A stretch of DNA of 63,732 bases, counting the filler, from Octopus bimaculoides (lineage: Eukaryota): assembly GCF_001194135.2 (NCBI RefSeq). It is 6 parts of 6 records of this genome, joined end to end, with 100 filler letters (N's around TTAATTAATTAA, not from the genome) between each part and the next. Parts side by side here need not be neighbours in the genome. Positions count along the whole stretch, not along the records: positions 10,545 to 38,503 come from NC_068997.1; positions 38,604 to 41,114 come from NC_068996.1; positions 41,215 to 59,833 come from NC_068986.1; 3 more parts are not named here. One strand, written 5' to 3'. Each line of letters starts with the position of its first letter. Within the stretch, counting starts at the first letter, position 1. The translations under genes were made by a program, and so were the position numbers. Under the pieces are notes generated by a model, which was given only the letters and a program-made list of their open reading frames with translations, searched no databases and had not been told where the DNA came from. Below are positions 37,121-50,410 of this stretch, piece by piece.

Positions 37121-38469
37121 TTCTACACGTGTAGATGTGATGATGTGTTATCCATATATGTCGGTCTGCAGATTATTAATCAATAGGTGTACGTAGAATT
37201 TCTTTCTTCCATCAAATTGATATTCTAATATTAATTGTAAATTTCTTTTTTTTTCTAATTAATATTTTGTTGAGGTGCTAAATTGGAACCGTTCTGTTAG
37301 TTTGCAAGTGTTGGAAATATTATTGTGACTCAATGTAAGGTAAGACACTACATTTACGAAGTGCAGGCATGGGGAGCGGCGGTGAATAAAAACAATAAAA
37401 CCAACTTGGTAAAAAAACTGTATGAAAGGAAATATGCGGTTTTATGTTCTCTTGGAAGTGTTTCTGAGCTGCTGTGAAACATTTAAAATTGCGGTTTGCT
37501 TTAAAGACTCATTACAAAAGATCGAATAAAACAAGGTGTACATTGAGTTTGAAAATTATGCTTTTTAATTATGCAAATATCAATTTTGCTGATCTTCGAA
37601 TATTTATTGACTATAAAATTTTTTAATGATGTTCACGATTATATTAGATTGAACAAAGCTGTGTTTACTAAAGGGGAGGGTTATAAAATGAAATTATAAT
37701 AATCGTTGGCAACATAAGTGATATAACAAACTAGGATCTCATGAGTGCTGAGTTCGAATCTGTATCAAATATTTGGTATTAAGTCATTAACGAAGCTATT
37801 TTCCCAACATTGAGAATTCATGTTCGGTTGCATTCTAATTGCTTTACGTAACCAACGTTGCCCAGCACCCTTAACATTTATAAGGACAGTATTTACGTAT
37901 TTTATGGATCCGTATCGTAGCGAAAAAGCAAATCTCCTAGCAATTTGAGTTTGAGCTGTGGTCACAATCCTAGCTCACATTCGTTTAGTTCATTTACGCT
38001 TGCAATGAAATTAAGAATACCATGAACATCACACTTTCCATATTTCTATTCCTAAAACAGGGATGTTGCGTCAGTTACAGAGAAAATAAAATTTAAGAAT
38101 AAATAAATAAATAAATGAAACCTAGGCCAATCAATCTTTTCTGTAGTCACTTTCCTGTTTCCTAGAGAAAATACAGTGATGGTCAGAAGATGGGCTATCT
38201 TTCTCTGACTAAAATTCAGTGGGACCAGAATCTGATCAAACCGGATTCCTTTTTCATATCTGTGTAGAGCTACAAATAATGTGGTGTAGCCTCTTCACAA
38301 ATATAAACATAAATATGCATGTGTGTAGTTGCATGTGTATATGTTTCTATACATAAATATATATATAGATAGTTAGAGAGATGGATACAAGCATGCATAC
38401 ACACATGTATACAAATATACATATATATTTATTTATATATATATATATATGTATATATATATGTATATA

Positions 38470-38503
<34 letters not shown>

Positions 38504-39005
38504 NNNNNNNNNNNNNNNNNNNNNNNNNNNNNNNNNNNNNNNNNNNNTTAATTAATTAANNNNNNNNNNNNNNNNNNNNNNNNNNNNNNNNNNNNNNNNN
38601 NNNAATTTGCGTATACAAATTTAATCTGCGATCCATGGGACGAGCCGTTTTAGCGATGCGTCCTGCCCAAGCTCGTCGAAACGCCGGTGTTAAAACGTGG
38701 GTGGCTGATGAAGGAGAATGTTCTCTACGTGGCTCGTGTGTTCTCGTCTACGTTTGTTTGCAATGTCCTGTACCCAGATATGCACCTATACATACAGGTG
38801 GATGTCGGTATGCACATACCTGTACGTATATATGCATATACTCATTTACTATATATATATATAAAGTATTGGTGATCCCAAAACGATGATGCACGTGAGC
38901 CTGTGTGCATGTGAGAATGTGTAAGTGTCTGTGTGTGTGGATAGGGGCTAGCGACTTTGATGTGTGTAGATGTGTGCGTCTGTAACGTGTGGCTGCTCAT
39001 ATAGT

Positions 39006-39048
<43 letters not shown>

Positions 39049-39283
39049 GTTAGAGTAGTATAGTCTGCATATAATTTCCGCGCGAGCCCGAAAGAGCAAA
39101 TTTCTGTGTTTGACTGGTAAATAGGGTTTTGTGTTTTCTTTTGCACGTTTGAAACGTTCGAAGAAATTAGAACTGAAAAGACAAAATTTTCCAAATCTTA
39201 TCACAGCGTCATAATTATGTGTGATGTAATATAATATATGCCCATGTGTATGTGTGTGTCTCTGTACGCGTGTACGTGTGTGT

Positions 39284-39318
<35 letters not shown>

Positions 39319-42143
39319 TGTGTGTACACGTGTACGTCTGTGGATGTGTGTGTGTGTGTACGTGTGTGCGCATGTGTGTGTGTGAGCATATGTGTGTTCA
39401 TGTGTGTTTGTGTGCGTGTGTGTGTGTGTGTGCGCACGCATTTTTATACATGTATTCACATTTTCGAAAACAGCTTTTAGGCATCAACCAAGATATTGAT
39501 GTTAAACATTTGAAACCTGTTCTTGCTGCACCATAATTCTTGACCAATCCATCCATTTGTTATTTTTCTTAATCAAAATTAGTTTTATTTACATGAAGAT
39601 TGAATCACAATTTAATAACAAGGAGACAAAGAAAAAAGGGAGAACAAAAGGTGGGGATTAAGCAACAAAAAATGGGCGAGAACAAATAGCATGTTGAGCA
39701 GCGTCATACAGACATGTCTGCGATGGCTTTGCCACGGAGAATGACCGGCGACATATGCTGCAACACCTCGCGCGAATGATATCCCAAATGGGCCGCAGTT
39801 ATCTCGATTTTGCAGAGGAAATCTGCAGTGCGGGGTTCGATAACACTCGAAGTCTCAACAACGACCGGCACAAACGGAGTAAATAAGAAATATTTTCTTA
39901 AGGCTTGCTTCTTGGTAACGGAGCATTTTTATTTATTTTCACAGAAACTTGACACTATATTAAAAAAAAAAAAACTTGAACAATATGGAGTATAGCAGCG
40001 CAACAGTATGGCAGTGTAGCATATCAGCCCAAATATTGTAGTCGTTGGACTTCCATAAGATTTGTGTATTTGGCGTATAATGAACTCATGGTACAGCATA
40101 CACCTTTGTAGTTGTACAAATTGTGATTAAACAATCTAGATTGTTAACATTTTTCTCTAGACTAGTAATTCACCTATGTGACTTACGTGGGTAATTTCAT
40201 AACTGCGTGAACAAAGGAGCTTCCTTGGTGACGTCCCATCATGCTAGCAACTCCATATACACATAACCGATTGTCTAACAAGTGTTATAAATGCTACATG
40301 TTTCACGTCGTGTTTAGTTTGACAGGCGTTATTGGTCTTCCAAACACTCGCGGGTAGGGGTCTTTTGTTTAAAGTTATTGCGAGCAATTTAGAAAAGGGC
40401 TCAAACTGCGGTTGAAATTTGTGCAAAAAACTGTATATATACAAGAAATATCGTCATTGGAGTGATTGTTTAATGTTGAAAATGTTAAAAGTGCTGCCAT
40501 TGAAACACATAGTTAGGCAGGTTTTCATGACGTACTTTGTGTCTCCAAGCAATTTTGGGTTCTGGACACATGATTTGTTGTTTGAAAAACAAGACACTTG
40601 TACGCGAGAAACCACGATAAAAAACGGGAAGGTTGGTGCAAAAAGTGGTATTGGAAGAACAAAAGGCGAAGAAAACGGTAATAAAAGGTAACAAAAGAAA
40701 AAAATTAGAGTTACGTTTACTTTGACCGTAGAATAATTCACCGGAGAGGAGTCCAGTGTTTGTTGCAATTTTATTTTTTATTTTTAATGCAGGGTATATT
40801 TTATTTGATTTTAATGTGTTAATTCGAATATAATTAATTATTTACAATATGTATTTTGAACCCATTTTTCTATTTAAGGTTTTCTTCGATTAAAAAAAAT
40901 ATTATTTTTAAATATGATGAATCTATATTGAATTCATTTGTTATGTTTATTTTGTTCATTGCATACCTAAGACCGTTATTTGAAACAACCAATGTAACGG
41001 ATCCATGTGTTTCACATTTTATATTAGTTTTGATTGCATTGTCATTTCTCTCCAATTTCTAATAAAACTGTCCGATGAACGGGAACGTGAAACTCTGGGT
41101 AACAGTCTTTTGTTNNNNNNNNNNNNNNNNNNNNNNNNNNNNNNNNNNNNNNNNNNNNTTAATTAATTAANNNNNNNNNNNNNNNNNNNNNNNNNNNNNN
41201 NNNNNNNNNNNNNNATATATATTTATAAGATTGTTAACAGATACTATATTTCTTACCACAAGTTTTTGGTTTAAAAAATACATACCCAATAATATCTGCA
41301 ACTTATAATATCTGCAACTTAAACTTTATTCGTTAATCCCATACCTCCTATTCTTTCCTTAATCTTTTCTATCCATCTCTCATTCATTTTCTATTTATTT
41401 ATACTTCCAGTACTCCTTTAATTATGTTTCTCCTTTTTCCTTTTCCTTTTCCTTCTCTTCTTCTCTCGTCTTATGACGTCAATTTTTTGTGTATGTGAAT
41501 TTTTACTTTAACTCCTCCGAGACTATCCAACAGAGTTTGATGAAACTTGACACGTGTGTGGGGATTATGCCCATGCAGTAAACTATACACTTGGAATTTT
41601 TTAAAAAATCGATTTTTACTCAGCATCTGTTATTCCAAAAATCGTAAAATTTCGGCATTTTTCGGCATTATCCATCATGACATCAATTTAACGAAAAATG
41701 ATGAAATTTGACGAAAAATGTTTCATGGATATAAACAGACAGCTTATTAACGGTAAGCTAGTTCGCAGTTGCTAATTCTTCATTTCATTACGAATTGCTT
41801 TGATATGCTAAAACTTGGTATTTCAATTCGTGTTTTAATTCCCCAGCATTTCGTACACGGAAACTGAACGAAGACAGTCGAATGTATGTGCATATTTCTT
41901 TGTGTGTTTATACCCCTACGATTGCTTCACAACCGCTGTTGCTGTGTTTACATTCCCATAACTTAGCGGTTACACGAAATACATTGACAGAAGTACTAAG
42001 CTTACAAAGAATAAATCCTATGATCGATATGTTCGACCAACAGTGGTGCCCCGACATGCCCGCAGTCACATGACTAGAAAAAGTAACGCAATGAAAGCTA
42101 TGCCATCTTAATCCTGAGCAATGCCCGGGTATCTCTCTTTCTA

Positions 42144-42184
<41 letters not shown>

Positions 42185-42823
42185 NNNNNNNNNNNNNNNN
42201 NNNNNNNNNNNNNNNNNNNNNNNNNNNNNNNNNNNNNNNNNNNNNNNNNNNNNNNNNNNNNNNNNNNNNNNNNNNNNNNNNNNNNNNNNNNNNNNNNNNN
42301 NNNNNNNNNNNNNNNNNNNNNNNNNNNNNNNNNNNNNNNNNNNNNNNNNNNNNNNNNNNNNNNNNNNNNNNNNNNNNNNNNNNNNNNNNNNNNNNNNNNN
42401 NNNNNNNNNNNNNNNNNNNNNNNNNNNNNNNNNNNNNNNNNNNNNNNNNNNNNNNNNNNNNNNNNNNNNNNNNNNNNNNNNNNNNNNNNNNNNNNNNNNN
42501 NNNNNNNNNNNNNNNNNNNNNNNNNNNNNNNNNNNNNNNNNNNNNNNNNNNNNNNNNNNNNNNNNNNNNNNNNNNNNNNNNNNNNNNNNNNNNNNNNNNN
42601 NNNNNNNNNNNNNNNNNNNNNNNNNNNNNNNNNNNNNNNNNNNNNNNNNNNNNNNNNNNNNNNNNNNNNNNNNNNNNNNNNNNNNNNNNNNNNNNNNNNN
42701 NNNNNNNNNNNNNNNNNNNNNNNNNNNNNNNNNNNNNNNNNNNNNNNNNNNNNNNNNNNNNNNNNNNNNNNNNNNNNNNNNNNNNNNNNNNNNNNNNNNN
42801 NNNNNNNNNNNNNNNNNNNNNNN

Positions 42824-42855
<32 letters not shown>

Positions 42856-43107
42856 GTTCCTATACATAGACATATAAATATACAGCTTCCTATAAACACG
42901 CACATTGACGCTCACACAAACACATAAGCACACACACATATGGATTCCTACATATGTATGAAAGCGTTTATGCTGATAACATCATGCAAATGGGGTTATA
43001 TGTTAATATAAAGCAGTTTGGAAATTTATGTTGATGTGTTTTATGCGACGGTAAAATGCCTTGTGCAAAGTTAAAACACTTTTTGAAATTCATTATAGTT
43101 TCACAAG

Positions 43108-43479
43108 CTGTTGTTGGCACTCCGTCGCTTACAACGTCGAGGGTTCCGATTGACAGAACAGCATGCTCGTGAAATTAACGTGCAAGTGGCTGAGGTTTCT
43201 ACAGATACGTGTACCCTTAACGTAGTTCTTGGGGATATTCAACGTGACACAGTGTGACAAGGCTGACCCTTTGAATTACAGGCACAACAGAAACAGGTAG
43301 AGTGAGAGAAATTGTTGTGGAAGAGTACACCAGGGTTCTCCACCATCCCCTTGCCGGAGCCTCGTAGAGCTTTAGGTGTTTTCACTCAATAAACACTCAC
43401 AACGGCCGGTCTGGGAATCGAAACCGCGATCATATGACCGCGAGTATGCTGCCCTAACCACTGGGCCATTGCGCCTCCA
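43108..43479 (-). mobile_element. tRNA-headed SINE with Nin/Deu-like 3' domain, near full length
   Basis: Reverse-complement head GGAGGCGCAATGGCCCAGTGGTTAGGGCAGC..GGTTTCGATTCCCAGACC (A/B boxes). Contains CCACTTGCACGTTAATTTCACGAGC, which I recall as the Nin/Deu-type conserved motif. Confidence 0.85.
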
Positions 43480-43833
43480 GTTCACAACCTGTATGGATAA
43501 ATAACTCGCAGCATTTGTTTAGTTTTCCCGTTTTTTTTTTTAGTTCAGTACCTTCCAACTGCAAATTTAAGTTTTATCTCTTATGGAACAGCTCCTACTG
43601 ATATAAGTAAATATTCATAAGCTCTACGAAAGGAATCCACACGTTAAGATTTGGCGATTAATGCCGGTTAATGATGACGTTACTCTCAATACTTACATAT
43701 AAACCTCACATATACAGGGACAACGTTGTATATGGATGTATATATTCTTTTAATTGTTTCAGTAATGTGATTGCGGCCATGCTGGAGCACTGCCTTCAAG
43801 GGTTTTAGTGGAACGAATTACAGCCAAAATGTT

Positions 43834-43916
43834 TGTCAGAAGTGGAATGCGAACCCACGTCCACATTTGTGGTCCAGAACTTGAGTCTGGCGCCTTAGAC
43901 CACTCCAGCACCCCTT
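43834..43916 (-). tRNA. tRNA-Leu(CAA), probably a pseudogene
   Basis: Reverse complement: GAGTGGTCTAAGGCG D-arm; CCAGA-CT-CAA-GT-TCTGG anticodon arm (anticodon 43883-43881); long variable arm CCAC-AAAT-GTGG; GTGGG-TTCGCAT-TCCAC T-arm; TTCTGACA 3' end. The 5' acceptor strand no longer pairs. Confidence 0.85.
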
Positions 43917-45939
43917 TCACATATATACATATGAGTGTGTGCGCGCGCACGTGTGTGCGTGATTTTATTCATAACTTTATGTGTGCTTCTTCATTTAGCG
44001 TGTGATGTAATGATTTCACGTTCTCTCGAACGGCTTATGACTTCAAAAATGTACAATTCTGACCGGCATGATTAAACATTCTAAAATGGATACAGAGTTT
44101 CAAATGATTACTTTGAGAAAACCGTAGAAAACCTCTTATGTCTACAGAATTTGTGGTATCGAGTCCCACGATCGGCCTTCGAAATGTTGTATCTAAAATG
44201 ACTTTGCTAACCAATATTTACATTCTATTGTTTATAGCATTATCACACGTTTATGTATACAGCCGCAAACACGCACCCCGCCAAAACGTATATATANNNN
44301 NNNNNNNNNNNNNNNNNNNNNNNNNNNNNNNNNNNNNNNNNNNNNNNNNNNNNNNNNNNNNNNNNNNNNNNNNNNNNNNNNNNNNNNNNNNNNNNNNNNN
44401 NNNNNNNNNNNNNNNNNNNNNNNNNNNNNNNNNNNNNNNNNNNNNNNNNNNNNNNNNNNNNNNNNNNNNNNNNNNNNNNNNNNNNNNNNNNNNNNNNNNN
44501 NNNNNNNNNNNNNNNNNNNNNNNNNNNNNNNNNNNNNNNNNNNNATATATATATATATATATAAATGTGTGTGTACATATACGTGCGTATTTGTGGGCAC
44601 ACGTTTGTGTTGTTTTGTAAGAAAGATGAAATAAATGTGAAACGTTCTGTTAAGTTAATAGCCATCTTGAAATGCTAATGCAAAGCTGGCAGCTATAATA
44701 ATGTTTTGTAAAATCGTAATTATATCATGGCTCCTGGGGAATATTTATAAAATAAATATCTATCGGCAATAACCCTAGGTCAGTCGATGACCCCTTAAGG
44801 TTAATAGCTATCAGATGCAATAATTGTACAAATTTATAGAAGCTGAATAATATTGGGTTGCGATCAATAACTTTTGAGAATGGGGATGTTTGCTCTTGTG
44901 GCATTAACTTTTAGAACATTATTTTGCCCAGCCAGTCACCGGAATATTTATCCACCTTCTTGTGATGTTATATTCTTAAGTTATTGCTTTTTCTCTATGC
45001 TTTGTATATCACATTAAGATTCATTTTGTTTTATTTAAAATATAATCATGCCATTCTCTTTCTATCTCAGTCGCCACCGACAACCTTACTTTGTATCTTT
45101 CATTTACTTGTTACTGGACAATTGTTTGCTCCCCGCTAAGGTTCAAGTGTCTTGAACCAAACAGTAATAGAGTACATTTGCTACCGCTCCTCCCATATTG
45201 AAGAGAATAAGGGAGAGCATCACTACGAAAAGCTTTCATCTTATTCGTAAATAGTTGCTATGTAAGTTTAGTACTGTAGAGTTAAACGAATAGAGTTTGC
45301 ACATACATGCATAAAGACAGACAGATAGACAGACATATTATATGTAAAGGAAAGAATACACACTCGCGCACATACACATTTACATATGAAGAATAGAAGA
45401 ATGCTAACAATACATTACTTATATGTTCTTGTAGGTGTGTGGTATAAGCTTAATGCACACATTTCTTATTGAATCATGATGGCATTGAAAATACGTGTCT
45501 AACTAATCAGATATGTGCTATAAATGAAGAAGCCTTAACCCTATTCAGTTTAAAAGGCAGGCCTTCATTTGCCATTAGTAAATTTGGTCCCCATGATATG
45601 AAACACTTCGTATCACTATAATTGCTGCAGACAACTGACTTTGGGACATGAACGATCTATTAGTGCGAAACTACGTTTCTAGGATATAAAGGAAGCAACT
45701 CCTGTGTGATTTTAATTGAAAACAGCAGTACATGTTGAATAAAAGTGCTAGCTAAATATTCAAGCAGTAGTTAGTAATGTACATTACAGAAATTCAATGA
45801 TCTTTGCATCTGTGATCTGAATTTAAAGACAATAATACAGTTTCATAAAATGGTAGTTTTGGGAAATACGTAATCAACACGAGTATGAATGAAATCTATC
45901 TACAATGTTCCAAATAATATTCTTTTTTGCTCGTAGCAC

Positions 45940-46137
45940 AAGGACTGAAAGTTTTGGGGAGGGGGCCAGTTGATTAGATCGACTCCTGTACTCAACTGGT
46001 ACTTAATTTATCGCTCCCGAAAGGATGAAAGGCAAAGTCGAACTCGGTAGAATTTGAAATCATAACATAAAGACAGACGAAACACCGCTAAGCATTTCGC
46101 CCGGCGTGCTAACGATTCTACCAGCTCACCGCCTTAG
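45940..46137 (-). mobile_element. SINE family B
   Basis: GGGGAGGGGGCCAG..CTGGTACTTAATTTATCG..GAAAGGATGAAAGGCAAAGTCGAACTCGG..GCTAAGCATTTCGCCCGGCGTGCTAACG. Confidence 0.9.
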
Positions 46138-46618
46138 TGTTCCGAATAATATTGTTTCAGCCAAGACCTTGTTATTTAAGCTCCCAATTAACGAGGACGC
46201 GTGATTGGACAGAGCGAAGTAAAGGAGTCAGTTATACCCCCCTCCCATCCTTGAACATTCAGGTGCCATATCGACAAACATTCTTATAGACGCTATCTAT
46301 GTACTCTTTGTAGGTCTATATAATAAGTTATTAGAAAATGAAATTTCGTTCAAGAAGGAACTGGTAGATGTTGGTTGGCCACTGGAATAGTATTTATGTA
46401 GATACATGTTTTCATTTTCAAAAACTCTCTCACATACACATACAAATACTTACAGACACCCACACGTAGACATATATGCATACATACACATATGATGGCT
46501 TTCTTTCAGTTATCTTCTACCGATTACACTCACATGAATCTGGTCGGATTGTGGATAGAGTAGAAGCCACATACTTGCCAAGTTGCCACTGAGTAGAACT
46601 GAACCACGACCCCACGAA

Positions 46619-46665
<47 letters not shown>

Positions 46666-47099
46666 AGTGTTAAGGAACGGAGTTGATAATATCCGGGATA
46701 CAATTGTTTCATGGCTATGGGAACATCGGAAGTAATAAAATATCCAAGCGCGGTGTGTACTACACGCTACTCGTCAGGTCAAAAATAGCGCTATGAATCA
46801 TAGGTAGTCTGGATCATATCTACTCCATTCCTTAGCTATTGTATTCCTATTTGCATATTGGGCAATGCTGGCCGTCTACCGTGAAATATAAAAATAATAT
46901 TTTTCAGTTTCTCCTACTTCGATACGATAAAATCGACAACCTTACGTCCCAGTACATCACTATTTTCACTGGAAGTTGTTTTTGTTATATTTACTACGAA
47001 GTGCTTGAAGTTAACTCTCTTCCTGCACCTTGACCCTTGGGTCTGATATATGTATATATATATATATATATATTATATACATACATACATACATATACC

Positions 47100-47420
47100 C
47101 GGTACTCCGTCGATTAGGGCGAAAAAGGTTACAGTTGATGCGATTAACGGAACAACTTGCTCGTGAAATTAACGTGCAAGTCGCTGAGCACTCCACAGAC
47201 ATATGTACACTTAACGTAGTTCACTGGGAACTTCGGCGTGAAAGAGAATGTGACAAGGATGACCCTTTTGAAATACATATGCTACACATTTTTGCCAGTT
47301 GAGTGGACTGGAGGAACGTGAAAAATAATGTTCTTGCTCAGGACACAACGCAACGCCGCGACTTGAACCCACAACTTTACGATCGTGATCCTAATGCCCT
47401 ATACAATAACCTACGCGCCC
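47100..47420 (-). mobile_element. SINE with Nin-like tail and CORE-like 5' block
   Basis: Shares GCTCGTGAAATTAACGTGCAAGT..TTAACGTAGTTC..TGTGACAAGG with 43108-43270, then continues GAGTGGACTGGAGGAACGTGAAA..GTTCTTGCTCAGGACACAAC. Confidence 0.75.
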
Positions 47421-47704
47421 TCATATATATANNNNNNNNNNNNNNNNNNNNNNNNNNNNNNNNNNNNNNNNNNNNNNNNNNNNNNNNNNNNNNNNNNNNN
47501 NNNNNNNNNNNNNNNNNNNNNNNNNNNNNNNNNNNNNNNNNNNNNNNNNNNNNNNNNNNNNNNNNNNNNNNNNNNNNNNNNNNNNNNNNNNNNNNNNNNN
47601 NNNNNNNNNNNNNNNNNNNNNNNNNNNNNNNNNNNNNNNNNNNNNNNNNNNNNNNNNNNNNNNNNNNNNNNNNNNNNNNNNNNNNNNNNNNNNNNNNNNN
47701 NNNN

Positions 47705-47756
<52 letters not shown>

Positions 47757-48084
47757 TATATGTTGTGAAGTTGGGGTCAAAATACAACCTGTGTCTCTGA
47801 AAGCAGATATGCTTACTGCAGTATTCTAAATATTGATATTTCAGATATTATGTTTCTGTGAGTTAAGCATATGTGTAGAAAATTCGAGAAAATACTTCCT
47901 ACAGAGAAATTACATATAAAATAATATCAATTCATTCTGTGTCTGAGGAATTTCTATTATAACTTATCTTACATGTTCCTCCTACGTGTGTAATCTACTA
48001 ACTCGTATTAGTAAATGAGATATATATATGTATATGTGTGTGTATGCATATATATATACATATCTATCTATCTATCTCTCTATC

Positions 48085-48131
<47 letters not shown>

Positions 48132-49651
48132 GTGTGTGTGCGTGTATGGATCTATATATATGNNNNNNNNNNNNNNNNNNNNNNNNNNNNNNNNNNNNNN
48201 NNNNNNNNNNNNNNNNNNNNNNNNNNNNNNNNNNNNNNNNNNNNNNNNNNNNNNNNNNNNNNNNNNNNNNNNNNNNNNNNNNNNNNNNNNNNNNNNNNNN
48301 NNNNNNNNNNNNNNNNNNNNNNNNNNNNNNNNNNNNNNNNNNNNNNNNNNNNNNNNNNNNNNNNNNNNNNNNNNNNNNNNNNNNNNNNNNNNNNNNNNNN
48401 NNNNNNNNNNNNNNNNNNNNNNNNNNNNNNNNNNNNNNNNNNNNNNNNNNNNNNNNNNNNNNNNNNNNNNNNNNNNNNNNNNNNNNNNNNNNNNNNNNNN
48501 NNNNNNNNNNNNNNNNNNNNNNNNNNNNNNNNNNNNNNNNNNNNNNNNNNNNNNNNNNNNNNNNNNNNNNNNNNNNNNNNNNNNNNNNNNNNNNNNNNNN
48601 NNNNNNNNNNNNNNNNNNNNNNNNNNNNNNNNNNNNNNNNNNNNNNNNNNNNNNNNNNNNNNNNNNNNNNNNNNNNNNAAAAAAAAAAAAAAAAAAAAAA
48701 AAGAAAGCAAAATGAAAAATCCATGTAAAATCATGTAGAGCCCTTTCGCGAACCGGGAAATGCGTTTATAAATATAGAACCCAATTTCTCAATTTGCCAT
48801 AAAAGTGATACAGATGCATCCAAGAACCTTTATATACTACTCATTATCCAGAAACCGTGAACCTTACCTAATTGGTGGAGTTGGAATATACATTTCACTT
48901 GAATGAAAGTGCCGGACAATTGGCTGACATATATGACGAAAATATAAAGAAAATAGAATAAAATATATATGAGAATTCAATAATGTACTAATCTCCTCCA
49001 AAACATCGGTATATACATGATATAATTTATTCCAACGCACAACTCCTAGCCCATTAAATACTTGCCATCTTCTAAATAGATGCCTGATGTACAATAGTTA
49101 TCTAAGAAATGACACACAGTTCCAAGAAATATTTAATTCGTGGCAGCAAATACAAAATTTGTTAGTAACAAATACATACACACCGCTTTATATTTCCGCA
49201 CAATCAGGTGAACCTCTAATGATCATCGTTGACATATACAGTCAACAAGGCCACTCAACCGATTGGCAAATAATGTGACTTACATGTACGCATGCATTCT
49301 CTCTCCCAGATTTCTTTGTCAGAAATACAGCGATATCTAAGAGCTAGCTGGTTATCTGCACTTCCTACTACGTATCTATCTGCGTTTTATTATTTATATC
49401 GCATCCATTTCGAGGACACAGTAACAAGTGCAAGTTCTTTCCCATCAAATATTTATTCCTCTGTTATTTCCTTACTATATATTTTTGCCATCTGGTTTTA
49501 TATTCAACTGTTGAAGCCAAACATTAAGTACATCAATCATACAATACCCAGAGGTATTGCAATGTATAAGGACACAATAACTTCGGCGTGCTAACGAAAA
49601 ATGGATTCTTGTAGTACACTTATGTATACATATGTACTGCTATTTATACAT

Positions 49652-49939
49652 TCACAAATATAGGAGCACACGATACATATACTGATCAAAAGCATCACCA
49701 GAAAACACTGCACGCCCGAAATCTTCTATGTATTCATATACAACAGTATACCTACAATCTTTGTAATATAGAATATTGTTTTTGATAGAGAAGAATGAAT
49801 AGCGGTTAGTTGATGCAGGGAACACGTCATGAAATGTGATGTCGCATGATTTTCCGTGTAGCAGACACTGACGATGAAAACGAAACGTTTGATCTTGGTT
49901 TGTGACAGTTTTATTAGCCATACAAGAATAAAATCCCTT
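49652..49939 (-). CDS. Candidate exon 4 (KGFYSCMANKTV...GRAVFSGDAFDQYMYRVLLYL*), product unknown
   Basis: TATACAG acceptor (49942-49940), 95 open codons of high-complexity sequence containing ORF 49652..49921. Confidence 0.4.
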   Translation of the reverse strand, partial: KGFYSCMANKTVTNQDQTFRFHRQCLLHGKSCDITFHDVFPASTNRYSFFSIKNNILYYKDCRYTVVYEYIEDFGRAVFSGDAFDQYMYRVLLYL

Positions 49940-50052
49940 CTGTATAATGATGGCTAGTAGAATTGTGTATCTCCTCCACCCCTAATTCATCCTGTTTATA
50001 TAATCATATCAACTTATCATTGCGCATTGAGTCTTTGGCTCATTCTCCTTAC

Positions 50053-50106
50053 CCCCTTCAATTTTTCAGCTTCTTCAGGATTTGTTAATCTTGCACCATC
50101 ACAACT
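50053..50106 (-). CDS. Candidate exon 3 (SCDGARLTNPEEAEKLKG)
   Basis: TTATGTTTCAG acceptor and GGG|GTAAGG donor, 54 nt, phase 0-0, open. Confidence 0.4.
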
Positions 50107-50350
50107 CTGAAACATAAGACTTTTTCGGCCTTGAAAGTCCGCTCCGGCAGTTCAGTCTATTAAAAATATCTTCACATAATCGAATTCATTGTATACCTTA
50201 AACAACAGAAAAATATTGAAACATGACTAGGAATCAAAACGATTTCGATTGACTGGGGGTTCATGATATTCTGGATATCACTTCTATGTCTACCAAAGAA
50301 CTTAAAAAACTGCCAGCAAATTACTTTGAAATTATAAAAGGGACCCTTAC

Positions 50351-50410
50351 AATAAAGGTAACAAATGATATGGTTACAATTCTCTTAAATATATGTGAAT
50401 TGCTTTTGTA
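50351..50410 (-). CDS. Candidate exon 2 (YKSNSHIFKRIVTISFVTFI)
   Basis: CAG acceptor 50413-50411, GTAAGG donor 50350, 60 nt, phase 0-0; basic then hydrophobic stretch. Confidence 0.3.

Noticed and set aside
34510-37186. Poly-His/Asp/Met/Cys ORFs as real low-complexity proteins
   Set aside because: They are open in several frames on both strands because the repeat units lack stops; there is no splice or start context.
40200-40780. Possible DNA transposase remnant (ORFs 40419-40768)
   Set aside because: No DDE or other diagnostic motif was recoverable in any frame I read.
49087-49278. Plus-strand ORF with ankyrin-like TPLYISAQSG
   Set aside because: A single short motif with no adjacent repeats or good splice context; it lies opposite a probable minus-strand intron. 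Not fully excluded.
50107-50196. Similarity of IDWTAGADFQGRKSL to lipase (VDWxxGA) or GcvT-family (DFIGRxAL) motifs
   Set aside because: Neighbouring segments lack the expected catalytic or conserved motifs, so no gene name is justified.
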